Under the pieces are notes generated by a model. The model was given only the letters and a program-made list of their open reading frames with translations. It did no database searches and was not told where the DNA came from. From contig CAWBKB010000001.1 of assembly GCA_963789265.1 (NCBI GenBank), positions 2,176,001 through 2,240,000 on the forward strand: a DNA stretch of 64,000 bases, given 5' to 3'. Shown in pieces: positions 19,707 to 30,591 of this stretch; within the stretch, counting starts at the first letter, position 1, and every line of letters starts with the position of its first letter. This stretch comes from an uncultured delta proteobacterium (GTDB lineage Bacteria > Desulfobacterota > Desulfomonilia > Desulfomonilales > Desulfomonilaceae). The position numbers and the translations under genes were made by a program.

Positions 19707-20041
19707 GGTTATTCGGTCCTGGTCGTCAAGTAACATTCGGGAAATCGGTTCTTGATTCGGTACACGGACGTACTGATGCGCAATCAAAATGCGATCCTGC
19801 CACAGTTGGGCTTGATGGCCGTTTCGAGTGGCTCTCCGGAGCGCGGTCAGGCTGTGGCAGTCACGGCCTGGAGAATCTGCGGAAAGCGACCCAAACCCCG
19901 GCGACGAGATATTGCTCGCTTGCAAACACATTGCCATCATCCGGGTTGACCGTTTCGGTTCAGCCCCGGGCTGATGGGTCCCTTGACACCGGCAGCGGCC
20001 TACAGGCATAAGATGTACCAAAAAATGGGAGCGATGGGAAG

Positions 20042-20662
20042 GTGCGAGGTACCTCCACGGGAAAGCAGGTTGTCATTGTCGGCTTAGGAAACCCGGGGAG
20101 GAATTATGCCCTCCACCGCCATAACGTGGGTTTCATGGTGATTGACGAACTCGCCCACGAAGCCGTAAGCGCCTGGAGGGACAATCGGAAGAAAGCCCTT
20201 GTCTGCGAGGTCAAAATTGAGGCGGCAACGGTGTATCTCGCGAAGCCGCAAACGTTTATGAATCTCAGCGGTCATGCTGTGGGACCTATTTTGAAAAGCC
20301 TCAATGCCGACCCGGGTCGAATGATCGTTATCCACGACGACTTGGATTTGCCGATGGGCAGGGTGCGTATCAAAGTCGGTGGCGGAGATGGAGGCCACAA
20401 GGGCGTACGTTCGATTGCGGATTCATTGCGATTTCGAGATTTCATTCGAGTCAGAATGGGGATTGGTAGGCCGCCTGAAGGTACTCCGGCGGAAGAATTT
20501 GTCCTCAGCTCGTTTTCCCGTGACGAGGAAGGCCTCCTGGGAGACATGATTCAGGTAGGAAGCCGGGCCGTACGCCTTGTCGTGATGCACGGGGTTGAAC
20601 GAGCCCAAAATATGTTGTATTCTGCAAGAATAGCAGAGCCACCAAGGGTGTTGCAGTCCTGA
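20042..20662 (+). CDS. pth: Peptidyl-tRNA hydrolase
   Basis: VGLGNPG, RHNVGF, KPQTFMNLSG, HDDLD and GGHKG motifs. Confidence 0.96.
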   Translation: MRGTSTGKQVVIVGLGNPGRNYALHRHNVGFMVIDELAHEAVSAWRDNRKKALVCEVKIEAATVYLAKPQTFMNLSGHAVGPILKSLNADPGRMIVIHDDLDLPMGRVRIKVGGGDGGHKGVRSIADSLRFRDFIRVRMGIGRPPEGTPAEEFVLSSFSRDEEGLLGDMIQVGSRAVRLVVMHGVERAQNMLYSARIAEPPRVLQS

Positions 20663-20749
20663 AATTGGTTTTTCTCTTGCGCATGGCTCAGGGTTATAAT
20701 AAAGTAGCACGTCTTTTTCTTGAGCGAACCTTTGTCAGGGGGTATTTAA

Positions 20750-21439
20750 ATGAACGGAACGCTGGTGAGCGAGGATCATGCTCCATTCCGACGAATCCTT
20801 CGCCCGGTGATAAGAGCCCTGAGGACAGCTTATATCCAGGGAACCACCGTAGTGAAGCTGATGCCGTCGGAGAGAGCCATCCAACTCTACTATAAGTATC
20901 GTCGTAAGAGTTATGACCTTCAATGGTCCATGGATCCAGGCTACAGGAAGGGCCTCAAACGCCTCATGGAATTGACCATCGAGGAGAACGATCGGGTTCT
21001 GGATGTCGGCTGCGGTACGGGTTCCGCCACCGTGTTGGCGGCGGCCGTGGCCCAGGAGGTCGTCGGCATCGATCTTTCTCCGGATATGATCGAGTTGGCG
21101 GAAGAGAAAGTCCAAAAGAAATGTCTGGAAAACACCTCCTTGACCGCAACTTCGGTCGAAGACTACTCGCCTGATATGCCTTTCGACAAGGTCATAAGCT
21201 CCTTTATGATCCCCCATGTCAAACCCGGCTTTCGCCCGGCAATCTATTCATGCATGTATAGCTTTCTTAACCCCGGGGGCTTGGTGGGATTATTCGGATC
21301 CCGAGGAGAGGTGTGCGACGTTTACGAAACCCGCGAGGAAATTGAAGAGAATTTGACTCGAGCCGGATTTGAAGACATTGTACTATACGACGTCTATGAC
21401 ATTTACCGGATTGCTCTTGCCCGCCGGCCTCTGACCTAA
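20750..21439 (+). CDS. Class I SAM-dependent methyltransferase
   Basis: VLDVGCGTG and GIDLSPDMI motifs. Confidence 0.85.
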   Translation: MNGTLVSEDHAPFRRILRPVIRALRTAYIQGTTVVKLMPSERAIQLYYKYRRKSYDLQWSMDPGYRKGLKRLMELTIEENDRVLDVGCGTGSATVLAAAVAQEVVGIDLSPDMIELAEEKVQKKCLENTSLTATSVEDYSPDMPFDKVISSFMIPHVKPGFRPAIYSCMYSFLNPGGLVGLFGSRGEVCDVYETREEIEENLTRAGFEDIVLYDVYDIYRIALARRPLT

Positions 21440-21602
21440 GTACAGCGTTTCATAAATACGGTGCCAATTGCACGGTTGCGCCGGCGTCCCTGCCGGCGTT
21501 TCTCGAACACAACCGGCACTGAGGCCGGTCCTGGATTCCCGCGTACGCGGGAATGACGGCTATGGCACCACAATACGAGACCGTATTTGTGAAAAGGATT
21601 AC
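21440..21602 (+). mobile_element. MITE family D (imperfect TIR GTACAGCGTTTCATAAATACGGT, TAA target duplication)
   Basis: Flanked by TAA/TAA, the left one being the upstream stop codon. Near-identical copy at 47857-48020. Internal gccggc and attcccgcgtacgcgggaat hairpins. Confidence 0.75.
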
Positions 21603-21643
21603 TAAGTTCCGCACGAAAGGTCGGCCCCGTTTCAGTAAGAATG

Positions 21644-21686
21644 AAACGCCCCCCAGCCCAGATCGGGCCAGGGGGGCGTTGGTTTT
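21644..21686. terminator. GC-rich hairpin between convergent genes, probable terminator
   Basis: aacgccccc-cagccc...gggcca-ggggggcgtt stem with A/T-rich flanks. Confidence 0.55.
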
Positions 21687-21719
21687 ACGGCTTTATTGTC
21701 GGAAGCGGGATGAGTACGT

Positions 21720-22838
21720 TCAAAAATCAGGAGTGAGGACAATTCGCTTCATCAAGCCCCCACTGTGAGCCTGTTCGAAGGCTTCTCGAATGGTTGACAT
21801 CGGCCGTTTTTCCAAGAGCGGGTCTATCTGGATCTTGCCATCTTGAACCATCTGGAGGACCTTCGGGTAGTACTTGGGAAGGCAGCCCCACGTGCCGATG
21901 ATTTCGGCGTCAAAGGCCATTAGGCGTGAGAGCATGTAAGTATTCTTCGCAGTGCCAAAGCCGACTACTATAAGTTTTCCAACGAATCCCAACAGCCCGA
22001 GCGCGAGGTCTTGAGCGGGCCCGGCTCCGGTGCACTCGAAAATCTTCCAGCCCACGTTGTGCTTTACGCCGGCCTGTTTGGCCACTCCCTTGAATTCTTC
22101 TTGAACTGCCTTGAAATCTTTGTCTTTGATATTGATCGCGTAATCCGCGCCCATGGAAAGAGCCCTCTTGAGCTTCTCCTCATGTCGGGCGAACCCCACA
22201 ACCGGCTTCGCACCGAAGGCTCTCGCCACCTGGGCCATGTAGACCCCGACTCCGCCGGTAATACCCGTTATGATGACAGGGTCCCCGGGCTTGAGCTCAG
22301 CCCGGACGGCAGCCTGATATGGCGTAGTTACAGCGTCGGCTATGACGGCATAATTCTCGAGAGGTCGGCCTTTGAGATCCTCGATCACACAAAGGTCCTC
22401 CGCGGGAACAGGGATGTGGCTGGAAAAGCCACCATAAATCCCCAATGAATTCCCGGGCATTTTCTGTGCTAAGCAGCGGTTGTTCCGCTCTTTAGTGCAT
22501 ATATCGCAGTTGTTGCAGGGCATTACCGCGGGCACAATCGCTTTCTTCCCCATCCACGATTCGGCCCCGGCACCTGCCGCGACCACCGTGCCCGCAATTT
22601 CGTGGCCAAGAGTAAGCGGCGGCTTGGTCACCGTGGGAACACCGTCGTAAAAGTAGGACATATCAGTGTGACATACCCCGCAACCCGCTATTTGGACTAG
22701 AACTTCGCCTCGGCCGAGTTCCGGGACGGGAATTTCAACCTGTTGCAGCTCTCCCGGAGCCGTGACTTTTCGGGCTTCCTTGTCGTATGTCGGCCCCTTT
22801 ACCATTTGCCAAGTTTGGATCTTGTCGGGAACACTCAC
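21720..22838 (-). CDS. had: 6-hydroxycyclohex-1-ene-1-carbonyl-CoA dehydrogenase (benzoyl-CoA pathway, Zn-dependent MDR)
   Basis: GCGVCHTD, GHE and CxxCxxC motifs, plus MPGN..GIYGGFSSH, SRLMAFDA and GTWGC segments typical of Had/BamQ. RBS GGAGG before GTG. Confidence 0.85.
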   Translation of the reverse strand: MSVPDKIQTWQMVKGPTYDKEARKVTAPGELQQVEIPVPELGRGEVLVQIAGCGVCHTDMSYFYDGVPTVTKPPLTLGHEIAGTVVAAGAGAESWMGKKAIVPAVMPCNNCDICTKERNNRCLAQKMPGNSLGIYGGFSSHIPVPAEDLCVIEDLKGRPLENYAVIADAVTTPYQAAVRAELKPGDPVIITGITGGVGVYMAQVARAFGAKPVVGFARHEEKLKRALSMGADYAINIKDKDFKAVQEEFKGVAKQAGVKHNVGWKIFECTGAGPAQDLALGLLGFVGKLIVVGFGTAKNTYMLSRLMAFDAEIIGTWGCLPKYYPKVLQMVQDGKIQIDPLLEKRPMSTIREAFEQAHSGGLMKRIVLTPDF

Positions 22839-23135
22839 CGTTGCACCTCCTGTTGATGGCTGGGAACGCATTGGTCCGTTTTTGATGATGCGACGAATGG
22901 ACGATGGGTCAAGAATAAGTTGAGTTCAGCAATCGGAACGCATCAACCCCAAAATATTGTGTCGAGGCCATTTCTGTCAAGGGAAAACTTGGACCTGCCG
23001 ACCGGCATCCATGCTGAAGCTAGTAATTTAGTTTCAAAGGTGAATCATGCGCCGGGGCATTTAATGCCCATAAAACTTCTGTTCACTATGCCGAACTTAT
23101 ACTCGTCTCTCTCGAATAACCCGGGTCCAACGGGA

Positions 23136-24059
23136 TCAGTACGCATCCAAATACCGCCCGAACAGATCCATCAGAATGCGTGTTCGCGGGCCCGGTCTGC
23201 CGTTTCCAATCACCATATCGTCTATTCGAACCACCGGCAGCAGATTTCGCGTGGTGGAAGCAAGGAATGCCTCCCGAAACGAAGCCAGTCGGTCCAAATA
23301 CACAGGGGCTTCCCGAATGCTCATTTCCTTGGTTTGCGCCACAACTTCCAAAACCACTCGGCGCGTGACGCTATCCAGGATCCTCCCATCCAAAGGCGGG
23401 GTAAGAATGTCTCCCTGAGAATCAACAAAGAAAATCGTAAAGGTCGAACCTTCCAGGACGGTCCGAACGTCGGGCGGGAAAACAAATAGGACTTCGTATG
23501 CGTCATGAGACGGAACAACCGTCTGGTGAGCCAGAATAGCACCCACATAGTTCAGAAGCTTTACGTCCGGAAACATTCTTTGATATGGGAATGTGGCCAA
23601 ACTAACGCCCTTCTCATAGCATTCCGCTGGGGGCGAAATAAGTTCCTGAACCGCTATGTAGAGGTGGGCGCCCGAACCGGATTGGTTCATCGTGCTCCCG
23701 GCGAGTCCGCCACTAAAGATGACATCGATAAGCAGGTCGCTGTTGATACCGGCATCACGGTTCTTTTTAACCACTGCGGTCAGAAGGTCTCGGAGTTGCT
23801 CTTTAGGGACAGGCGCTTTCATGTATATGCCGGCGGCGGAGTAATAGAGACGGTCCAAATGATCTTCCAGTCTGAAGATCTTCCCCCTCACTGTTCGGCA
23901 TGCAGTGAATATCCGATAGCCGCGGATCGTCCCGCTGATGTCGTCCAAGAACGGGAAAACCAATTTCGAGGTTTCTACAAATCGATCTCTTTGGTACGAG
24001 ATAATAGGTACTATCCTCCGGCGGCACGAAAAGAGAGCCGCTGCCTTATACACTACCAT
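23136..24059 (-). CDS. Aminotransferase class IV (IlvE/DAAT/PabC family)
   Basis: GYRIFT, HLDRL, catalytic K in DVKLLNY, EGSTFT, ILDSVTR. Start uncertain. Confidence 0.85.
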   Translation of the reverse strand: MVVYKAAALFSCRRRIVPIISYQRDRFVETSKLVFPFLDDISGTIRGYRIFTACRTVRGKIFRLEDHLDRLYYSAAGIYMKAPVPKEQLRDLLTAVVKKNRDAGINSDLLIDVIFSGGLAGSTMNQSGSGAHLYIAVQELISPPAECYEKGVSLATFPYQRMFPDVKLLNYVGAILAHQTVVPSHDAYEVLFVFPPDVRTVLEGSTFTIFFVDSQGDILTPPLDGRILDSVTRRVVLEVVAQTKEMSIREAPVYLDRLASFREAFLASTTRNLLPVVRIDDMVIGNGRPGPRTRILMDLFGRYLDAY

Positions 24060-24064
24060 TGTCA

Positions 24065-26708
24065 TCAGGCGGCTTTTCCACAGCACTTCTTATATTTCTT
24101 CCCCGAGCCGCACGGACACGGATCGTTGCGGCCGATTTTTTCCGTTTGGCGTCGAACTGTCTTCGGCCGCGAATCACCGCCCCCCGAGTCCCCATGCGAA
24201 AGGAGCATATCCTGTTCACGGGACGGAGCCAATTCCTCGATGTCGTCGGCGGACGCTACACGGACCAGGAACAGATTTCTGACAGTCTCTTCCTTGATAC
24301 GATTGCTCATATCAAGGAACATCTCGTAACCCTCCTTCTTGTATTCTTGAAGAGGATCCCTCTGACCGTAGCCGCGCAGTCCGATGCCTTCCTTCAGGTG
24401 ATCCATACTTAGCAGATGGTCTTTCCACTGGGTGTCCACGGCCTGGAGCATGACGAATTTTTCCAACTCCCCCATTACGTCCGGAGTCAACTCCTGCTCC
24501 TTCCGTTCATAGGCTGAGTGCGCCTCTTTGAGAATGTACTCTGTGATCGCCTCGCGAGTCTGTTCCTCAGGAGGGAGTGAATCGAACTGGAACCGGACGC
24601 CGAACTGGCCCCACAGCGCCTCCACGAGTCCGGGGACGTCCCAGTCGTCGTAATGAGGCTGTTGGTTGGTAAAGCGCTCCACCATTTCCTCCACCATGTC
24701 TTCAATCATGTCCTGGATCGTCCCTTTCAAATCCTCTCCGCCCAGGATAAAACGACGCTGGGAGTAAATGACCTCGCGCTGCTTGTTCATGACATCGTCG
24801 AATTCGATTAGATGTTTACGAATGTCGAAGTTGTGGCCTTCGACTTTCTTTTGAGCGTTTTCTATGGCTCGGGTCGTGTACTTGTGCTCTATCGGCTCTC
24901 CATCTTCCATACCGACCCGTTCCATTATCATTTTTACTCTCTCTCCCCCGAAAATCCGCATCAGGTCGTCTTCCAGGCTGAGATAAAATCGGCTGGAGCC
25001 GGGGTCTCCCTGCCGCCCCGACCGGCCGCGCAACTGGTTGTCAATCCGACGTGACTCGTGGCGTTCCGTCCCGAGTATGTGGAGACCGTTGGCCCGGATG
25101 ACCTTTTCCTTTTCCTCTTCGCACTTCCGCTTGAGCTCCTCCAGAAGCTGGGTGAACTCTTCCGACCCTTCACCCTTCTTCGATTTGGAGCGAGCCAGGA
25201 AGACGGGGTTGCCGCCTAGTATGATGTCGGTTCCTCGTCCGGCCATGTTCGTGGAAATTGTGACGCCCTTGTAACGGCCGGCTTGGGCCACGATTTCAGC
25301 CTCAAGCGCATGGTTTTTTGCATTGAGGATGTTGTGGGGGATACCGAGTTTCTTTAGCCTTCGGGCGAGATATTCGGATTTTTCGATGGAGATTGTGCCC
25401 ACCAGTACGGGCTGGCCCCTTTGGTAAAGGTCTTTTATTTCTTCAACAACTGCATCGAACTTTTCTTTTTCAGTCTTGTAAATCAAATCGGAATTGTCAT
25501 TGCGAACCATAGGTAAGTTAGTCGGGATGACCACCACTTCAAGTTCGTAAATCTTCTTGAACTCGGCTGCTTCAGTGTCCGCGGTGCCGGTCATCCCTGC
25601 AAGTTTGTCGTACATACGGAAGTAATTCTGAAACGTAATGGTAGCCAGGGTTCTGGTTTTCGTTCTCGATCCGCACGCCTTCTTTGGCTTCAAGGGCCTG
25701 GTGCAATCCGTCGGAGTAGCGTCGCCCCGGCATAAGCCTGCCGGTAAATTCATCCACAATAATTACTTGGCCGTCCTTGACTATGTAGTCTACATCTTTC
25801 TTGAACAGAGTGTGGGCTTTGAGGGCTTGGGTGACATGATGAAGAGTCTCCATCTGCGAAGGATCATAGACATTGGATACGTTCAATGCCTTTTCGACCC
25901 GGGAGACCCCTTCTTCGGTAAGAACCACGCTGCGGGCTTTCTCGTCTATGGTGTAGTGCTTTTCCTTTTGCAGGCCGGGTATGACTCTGTTAATCTTGTA
26001 GTACCGGTCGGTATTCTCATGTGTGGGCCCGGAAATGATCAACGGGGTTCTGGCCTCGTCAATAAGTATGCTGTCCACCTCGTCCACGATAGCGTAATGA
26101 AGCTCCCTTTGGACGTAATCCTCCAAGGAAAACTTCATGTTGTCCCTGAGATAATCGAACCCGAACTCGTTGTTGGTCCCGTATGTCACATCGCAATTGT
26201 AAGCCTCCCGCCGCTCGTCGTCGTCAAGGTCGTGAACTATCACCCCCACGGAAAGGCCGAGAAATTTATAGATCGCTCCCATCCATTCGGAGTCACGATG
26301 CGCAAGGTAGTCGTTAACGGTGACCACGTGCACGCCCTTGCCGGTCAGCGCATTGAGGTACACGGGCAAAGCGGCAGCGAGGGTTTTTCCCTCACCTGTT
26401 TTCATTTCTGCAATTTTGCCCTGGTGTAGCACAATCCCGCCGATTAGCTGAACGTCAAAGGGCCTCATCCCGAGTGTCCGTATCGAGGCTTCTCGGACAA
26501 GAGCGAAGGCTTCGGGCAAGAGTTCGTCCAACGTTTCTCCTTTGGAGAATCGGTCCTTGAACTCCTCTGTTTTCGCTCTCACGGCTTCGTCGGAAAGGGT
26601 CTTGATATCGGGTTCAAGTTCGTTAACGGCTTGAACAAGCGGATCAAGCTTCCTCAAATCTCGCTCGTTCTTGCTGCCAAACAGTTTTTTCGCTATTGCT
26701 CCCAGCAT
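24065..26708 (-). CDS. secA: Preprotein translocase SecA (split by a single-base frameshift at ~25651)
   Basis: MKTGEGKT and DEVD in ORF 25572-26708; [26 protein letters not shown] and [17 protein letters not shown] in ORF 24065-25759. Removing one base restores ENENQTLATIT. Confidence 0.96.
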
Positions 26709-27106
26709 GTCGGACCTCTCAGGTTTAGCGGAGCAGCATCATCGACTTGCAAAGATTTTCATTTCACTGTAAGAAAACGCCGATACGATAAGTTTAAGGA
26801 ATGCTCTCCATCTTTTTAAGAGACAAAACTCATTCGATAAGGTTCACCGCATTGTAGAAACTTGTTCGGATATCACCTCTTCTCGGATGGACCTGACGGT
26901 CATCATCTCTGAAGATGAGAAGAAATCCGCCCGCTCGTTCAGCGGACGGAGAGATCTCTAGCATAGGGAGCCGGGAGTGTCAACGGAAGGGCAAGGGGCC
27001 AAACCCTGCAACTTCCTCACCTTCAACATCCATTCCATGCTTTATCCTTGCGTTTCATTTGAGATTTGATATCATACGATTCACAAACCGGACCGGAGGT
27101 TTCCCT

Positions 27107-27955
27107 ATGAGCCGCCAATTTTGCTGGGTTTTGTTGATCGCGATGGCTGTTACCATGCTGTTGGCCGGCTGTTCTGACGAAACCGCGGAACTGAAGCAGA
27201 AAATTGCCGATCTCGAGAAGAAGATTCAACAGCAGCAAAAAGACCTCCAAGAATTCACAGGAAAGTTCTCTCCGCCAAAAGATTTCAGCGCGGATATCCA
27301 ACGTATCGAGGATCAGCAGGATCGAATTACTCAAGTCCTGAAAGTGAAAGTCGATCCGGTCAACGCTAAACTGGAGGAATTTCGTGATTGGGCTCAGGAA
27401 TCTCAAAAGGATCGAGATGTGGTTACCAAGAAGCTCAAGGCCCTCGAACAGTCAGCAGCGGAATTGCAAAAGAGAACCGACGTGACCGGCAAGGAAATCG
27501 CACGCATGAGCAGAGATGTGGCGGCCGGAAAGAGATCCGTGGCGATCTTTTCCAAGAATCTGAATGAACTTGCGAAGAATCTAAGCGATGTCCGCAGGGA
27601 GGTCCTTGACAACAACACGAAGCTGCTCAACGCAGTTAAGAAGACTCTCCCGAGGGTGAAAGAGGCCGCGGTCGCGGAGCTAAAAGGCCAAATGGCTCCG
27701 TTTGAACAGGCTCTAACTAATTTAAAGACCGGTATGGAAGGCGATCGCAAGGCGATAGCTGCCATCAAATCGCAACCCCCCCCGGACACGGGCAAACAAG
27801 TTCAGAGTCTCGTAGCTCGAATAAAAGAACTTGAAGATGTGGTGACTTCCCAGAAGTCTTATTTGCTCGAAATGGGGGCCAAAGTCCATGAGTTGGAATT
27901 GCAATTAAGAAGGATGGGATCTGCGGCAACGCCACCCGCTCTGTCGAGACAGTAA
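27107..27955 (+). CDS. Coiled-coil lipoprotein, hypothetical
   Basis: RBS GGAGG, lipobox LLAG-C, heptad-rich K/E/Q/L sequence. Confidence 0.75.
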   Translation: MSRQFCWVLLIAMAVTMLLAGCSDETAELKQKIADLEKKIQQQQKDLQEFTGKFSPPKDFSADIQRIEDQQDRITQVLKVKVDPVNAKLEEFRDWAQESQKDRDVVTKKLKALEQSAAELQKRTDVTGKEIARMSRDVAAGKRSVAIFSKNLNELAKNLSDVRREVLDNNTKLLNAVKKTLPRVKEAAVAELKGQMAPFEQALTNLKTGMEGDRKAIAAIKSQPPPDTGKQVQSLVARIKELEDVVTSQKSYLLEMGAKVHELELQLRRMGSAATPPALSRQ

Positions 27956-27995
27956 GAGCCGTTTTTCCCCGATCAAAAAAGGGTTACCCAAAATT

Positions 27996-28180
27996 TACCG
28001 CAGAGTGCGCCGAGAACGCAGAGGCAAAACGGCTCCTACATCACTGGATAAGCAACTTGGGCGGGCATCCGCAGGCTGGCTTTGTTGTCACTGTCATAAC
28101 CCCCAATTGATTATGACAAAGCTTAGGAAATGGCCTGAAAAAACAGAATCCTCTGCGAACTCTGCGGTCTCCGCGGTGAA
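27996..28180. repeat. REP-like inverted pair (accgcagag..cgcagag / ctctgcg..ctccgcggt)
   Basis: Inverted arms between convergent genes; related motifs at 45112-45140 and 57120-57148. Confidence 0.6.
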
Positions 28181-28186
28181 TGATGA

Positions 28187-29365
28187 CTACAACTCTTTGA
28201 TTGCCTCCTCGAATCCTTTGAGCGAACCCTCAATCGTCTCGTCTGACACGCAATATGCGATTCGGAAATAGCCCGGCCCGCCGAATCCGGTTCCTGGAAC
28301 CGTTAACACCAGCTTCTTTTGAAGTCGGGCCACAAATTCGACGTCATCGGCCAGGGGGGATTTGGGGAAGAGATAGAATGCTCCCTCGGGTTTCACGCAT
28401 TCATAGCCGAAACCGGTCAACGCGTCGTAAAGTCGGTCCCGCCGACGCTTGTAAACAGACACGTCCGTGATATCTCTGAGCACATCCCTTACTGCTCGCT
28501 GCATCAAGGCAGGAGCATTGACAAAACCCAGGATGCGGTTGGAAAGCACAAGGCCGTCCATGGTTGCGGCAGCGTCAGACAATTTCGGGTTTAGGGCTAC
28601 ATATCCCAGACGCTCTCCCGGTATTGAAAGGTCCTTTGAAAAGGATGTCGCCACGATGCTGTTGGCATAAGACCCCAAAATGCTGGGAACCGTCACTCCA
28701 TCGTAGGTTATGCCTCGGTAGGGTTCATCAGAGATGAGGAGAATGTCGCGGCCCATCTCAACGCTCTTCTTCTTGAGCAAAGCGCCTAGCGCCCGGATTT
28801 GGTCCTCCGAATAAACCTTCCCTGTGGGGTTGTTAGGTGAATTGATCAACACTGCTGCCGTCTTTATTGTGATTGCTTGTTCAATGGCGGAGAGATCCAG
28901 CGAAAAATCTTCCCTCGTAGGGACCAGGACCGCTTTCCCGCCATGGTTGTCCGCATAAAAGGTGTATTCCACAAAGAAAGGTTTGGGAACTATTACCTCG
29001 TCCCCAGGATTCAAGATCGTCTTGAAGATTACATTCAAGGCTCCCCCGGCACCCACGGTCATCACAATGTGGTTTTCGCCAACATCAGTACCTTCGTCTT
29101 CTCGAATTTTCCGGGCAACGGCGGCTCTGGTGGCGGGCAATCCTGCATTGGGCATGTATGCGTGCAAGCCGTGGGTGTCGTCTTTCGCTGCTTCAATGAT
29201 TGCGTCCTTCACCTTTTGGGAGGGCTCGAGGTTAGGATTCCCAAGGCTAAAATCAAAGACGTTCTGCGGGCCGTACTCCTTCTTCAGCCGAGCCCCTTCT
29301 TCGAACATCTTCCTGATCCACGACGACTTCTTCCCGAATTCCGACATTTTTTCGGATACCGGCAT
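28187..29365 (-). CDS. Class I/II PLP-dependent (aspartate) aminotransferase
   Basis: INSPNNPTG, SDEPY and SFSKDLSIPGERLGY motifs. Confidence 0.93.
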   Translation of the reverse strand: MPVSEKMSEFGKKSSWIRKMFEEGARLKKEYGPQNVFDFSLGNPNLEPSQKVKDAIIEAAKDDTHGLHAYMPNAGLPATRAAVARKIREDEGTDVGENHIVMTVGAGGALNVIFKTILNPGDEVIVPKPFFVEYTFYADNHGGKAVLVPTREDFSLDLSAIEQAITIKTAAVLINSPNNPTGKVYSEDQIRALGALLKKKSVEMGRDILLISDEPYRGITYDGVTVPSILGSYANSIVATSFSKDLSIPGERLGYVALNPKLSDAAATMDGLVLSNRILGFVNAPALMQRAVRDVLRDITDVSVYKRRRDRLYDALTGFGYECVKPEGAFYLFPKSPLADDVEFVARLQKKLVLTVPGTGFGGPGYFRIAYCVSDETIEGSLKGFEEAIKEL

Positions 29366-29684
29366 GTCTGGCCTCCTCCCGACATCAAAGGGTACAAACG
29401 AAAGCCCGGCTTTCAAATCTGCATCCAGGTGAATTGCCGGGCTCTCGACCTTGCATCAGCCCTGTTGTTTCAGGGTTCTTAATCCTAACACAATGATAAT
29501 CGAAATGTCAACGTAATATCTGCTTTTTCCAAATGTTTTGCCCTATTCTTGATCGAACCGGAGTTGCTGTGTTAGAATAAATTATTAACTCCAAAAGTTC
29601 ACAACATAACCAAGGCCCCATTTTGCAGGAAGCCGCCTATAGTGAATCTTGCGGACCGGCAACTTCGGCCGGTAAGTGATTCTG

Positions 29685-30227
29685 ATGTTTCGCACTACGA
29701 CCAGCATCGCCGCAATTGTTATGATTACGGGCTTGGGCCTACTATATCTGCCCGAATGCAGCCATGCGTCCGCGGAACTTCAGCGAGGTCTGGCCGCGGC
29801 CCGGGCAGGACGACTGGATCGTGCGGTGCGTTTATGGTCAAGAGCGATCAGGAAGAACCCCAAATGTTACGCGGCCTATGTCGATCGTGGAAGTGCATAC
29901 TTGCGCAGCGGATACGTGCTGCGAGGCGTTCTGGACTGGCACAAGGCCCAAGGACTTTCTCCCGCATTTGCGTATGCCGCCTATTGTCCTGATTTTATAA
30001 CGGAAGCCTCTGGCGACCCGGCGGTGTTGAACTACGCCATGCCCTTGGAACTTGATCCTGACCACGTGACTTCTGTGCTTATGACGGCAGTCACTTACTT
30101 GGATGTGGGGCGAGCCGATAAGGCGTTGGAACTGTATCGAAACTCTGTTGACCTTACCAGGAACCCGCTTCTGAAGAGTTACTTCGACTACTGGATCAAC
30201 TCCATACATTCGCCGGCGCAACACTGA
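29685..30227 (+). CDS. Tetratricopeptide-repeat protein, probably exported
   Basis: N-terminal hydrophobic segment; TPR-like AIRKNP..AAYVDRGSAY. Confidence 0.65.
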   Translation: MFRTTTSIAAIVMITGLGLLYLPECSHASAELQRGLAAARAGRLDRAVRLWSRAIRKNPKCYAAYVDRGSAYLRSGYVLRGVLDWHKAQGLSPAFAYAAYCPDFITEASGDPAVLNYAMPLELDPDHVTSVLMTAVTYLDVGRADKALELYRNSVDLTRNPLLKSYFDYWINSIHSPAQH

Positions 30228-30317
30228 ACCGACCGCGGACGTTCGGCTTTTCTATTGACATGAATATTATTGGGCGTTAACCTAGCTTTTTGCCTAGCAC
30301 AACCACGGAGAACAGCA

Positions 30318-30590
30318 GTGAAAGGCCGTATTGAAATCGATGAGGAGCGGTGCAAAGGTTGCGGACTGTGTGTGACTGTTTGCCCGAAAAAGAAGATCGG
30401 AATCTCCGACAGATTGAACACCAAGGGATACTATCCGGCCTGCTTCCAAGAAGCCAAAGTCCGCGATAAGAGCCGAACCGAATGTACCGGCTGCGCTCTG
30501 TGCGCTGTCACCTGTCCGGATGTCGCCATAGAAGTCTATCGTGAGACCAAGGACCTGACAAAAGAAGAAGACAACGAAAAGGAAGAATGA
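30318..30590 (+). CDS. 2x[4Fe-4S] ferredoxin, delta subunit of 2-oxoacid:ferredoxin oxidoreductase
   Basis: Two CxxCxxCxxxCP motifs; first gene of the OFOR operon. Confidence 0.92.
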   Translation: MKGRIEIDEERCKGCGLCVTVCPKKKIGISDRLNTKGYYPACFQEAKVRDKSRTECTGCALCAVTCPDVAIEVYRETKDLTKEEDNEKEE

Positions 30591-30591
30591 G

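Noticed and set aside
25640..25665. Programmed frameshift in secA
   Set aside because: No slippery heptamer, and none is known for secA; a sequence error is more likely.
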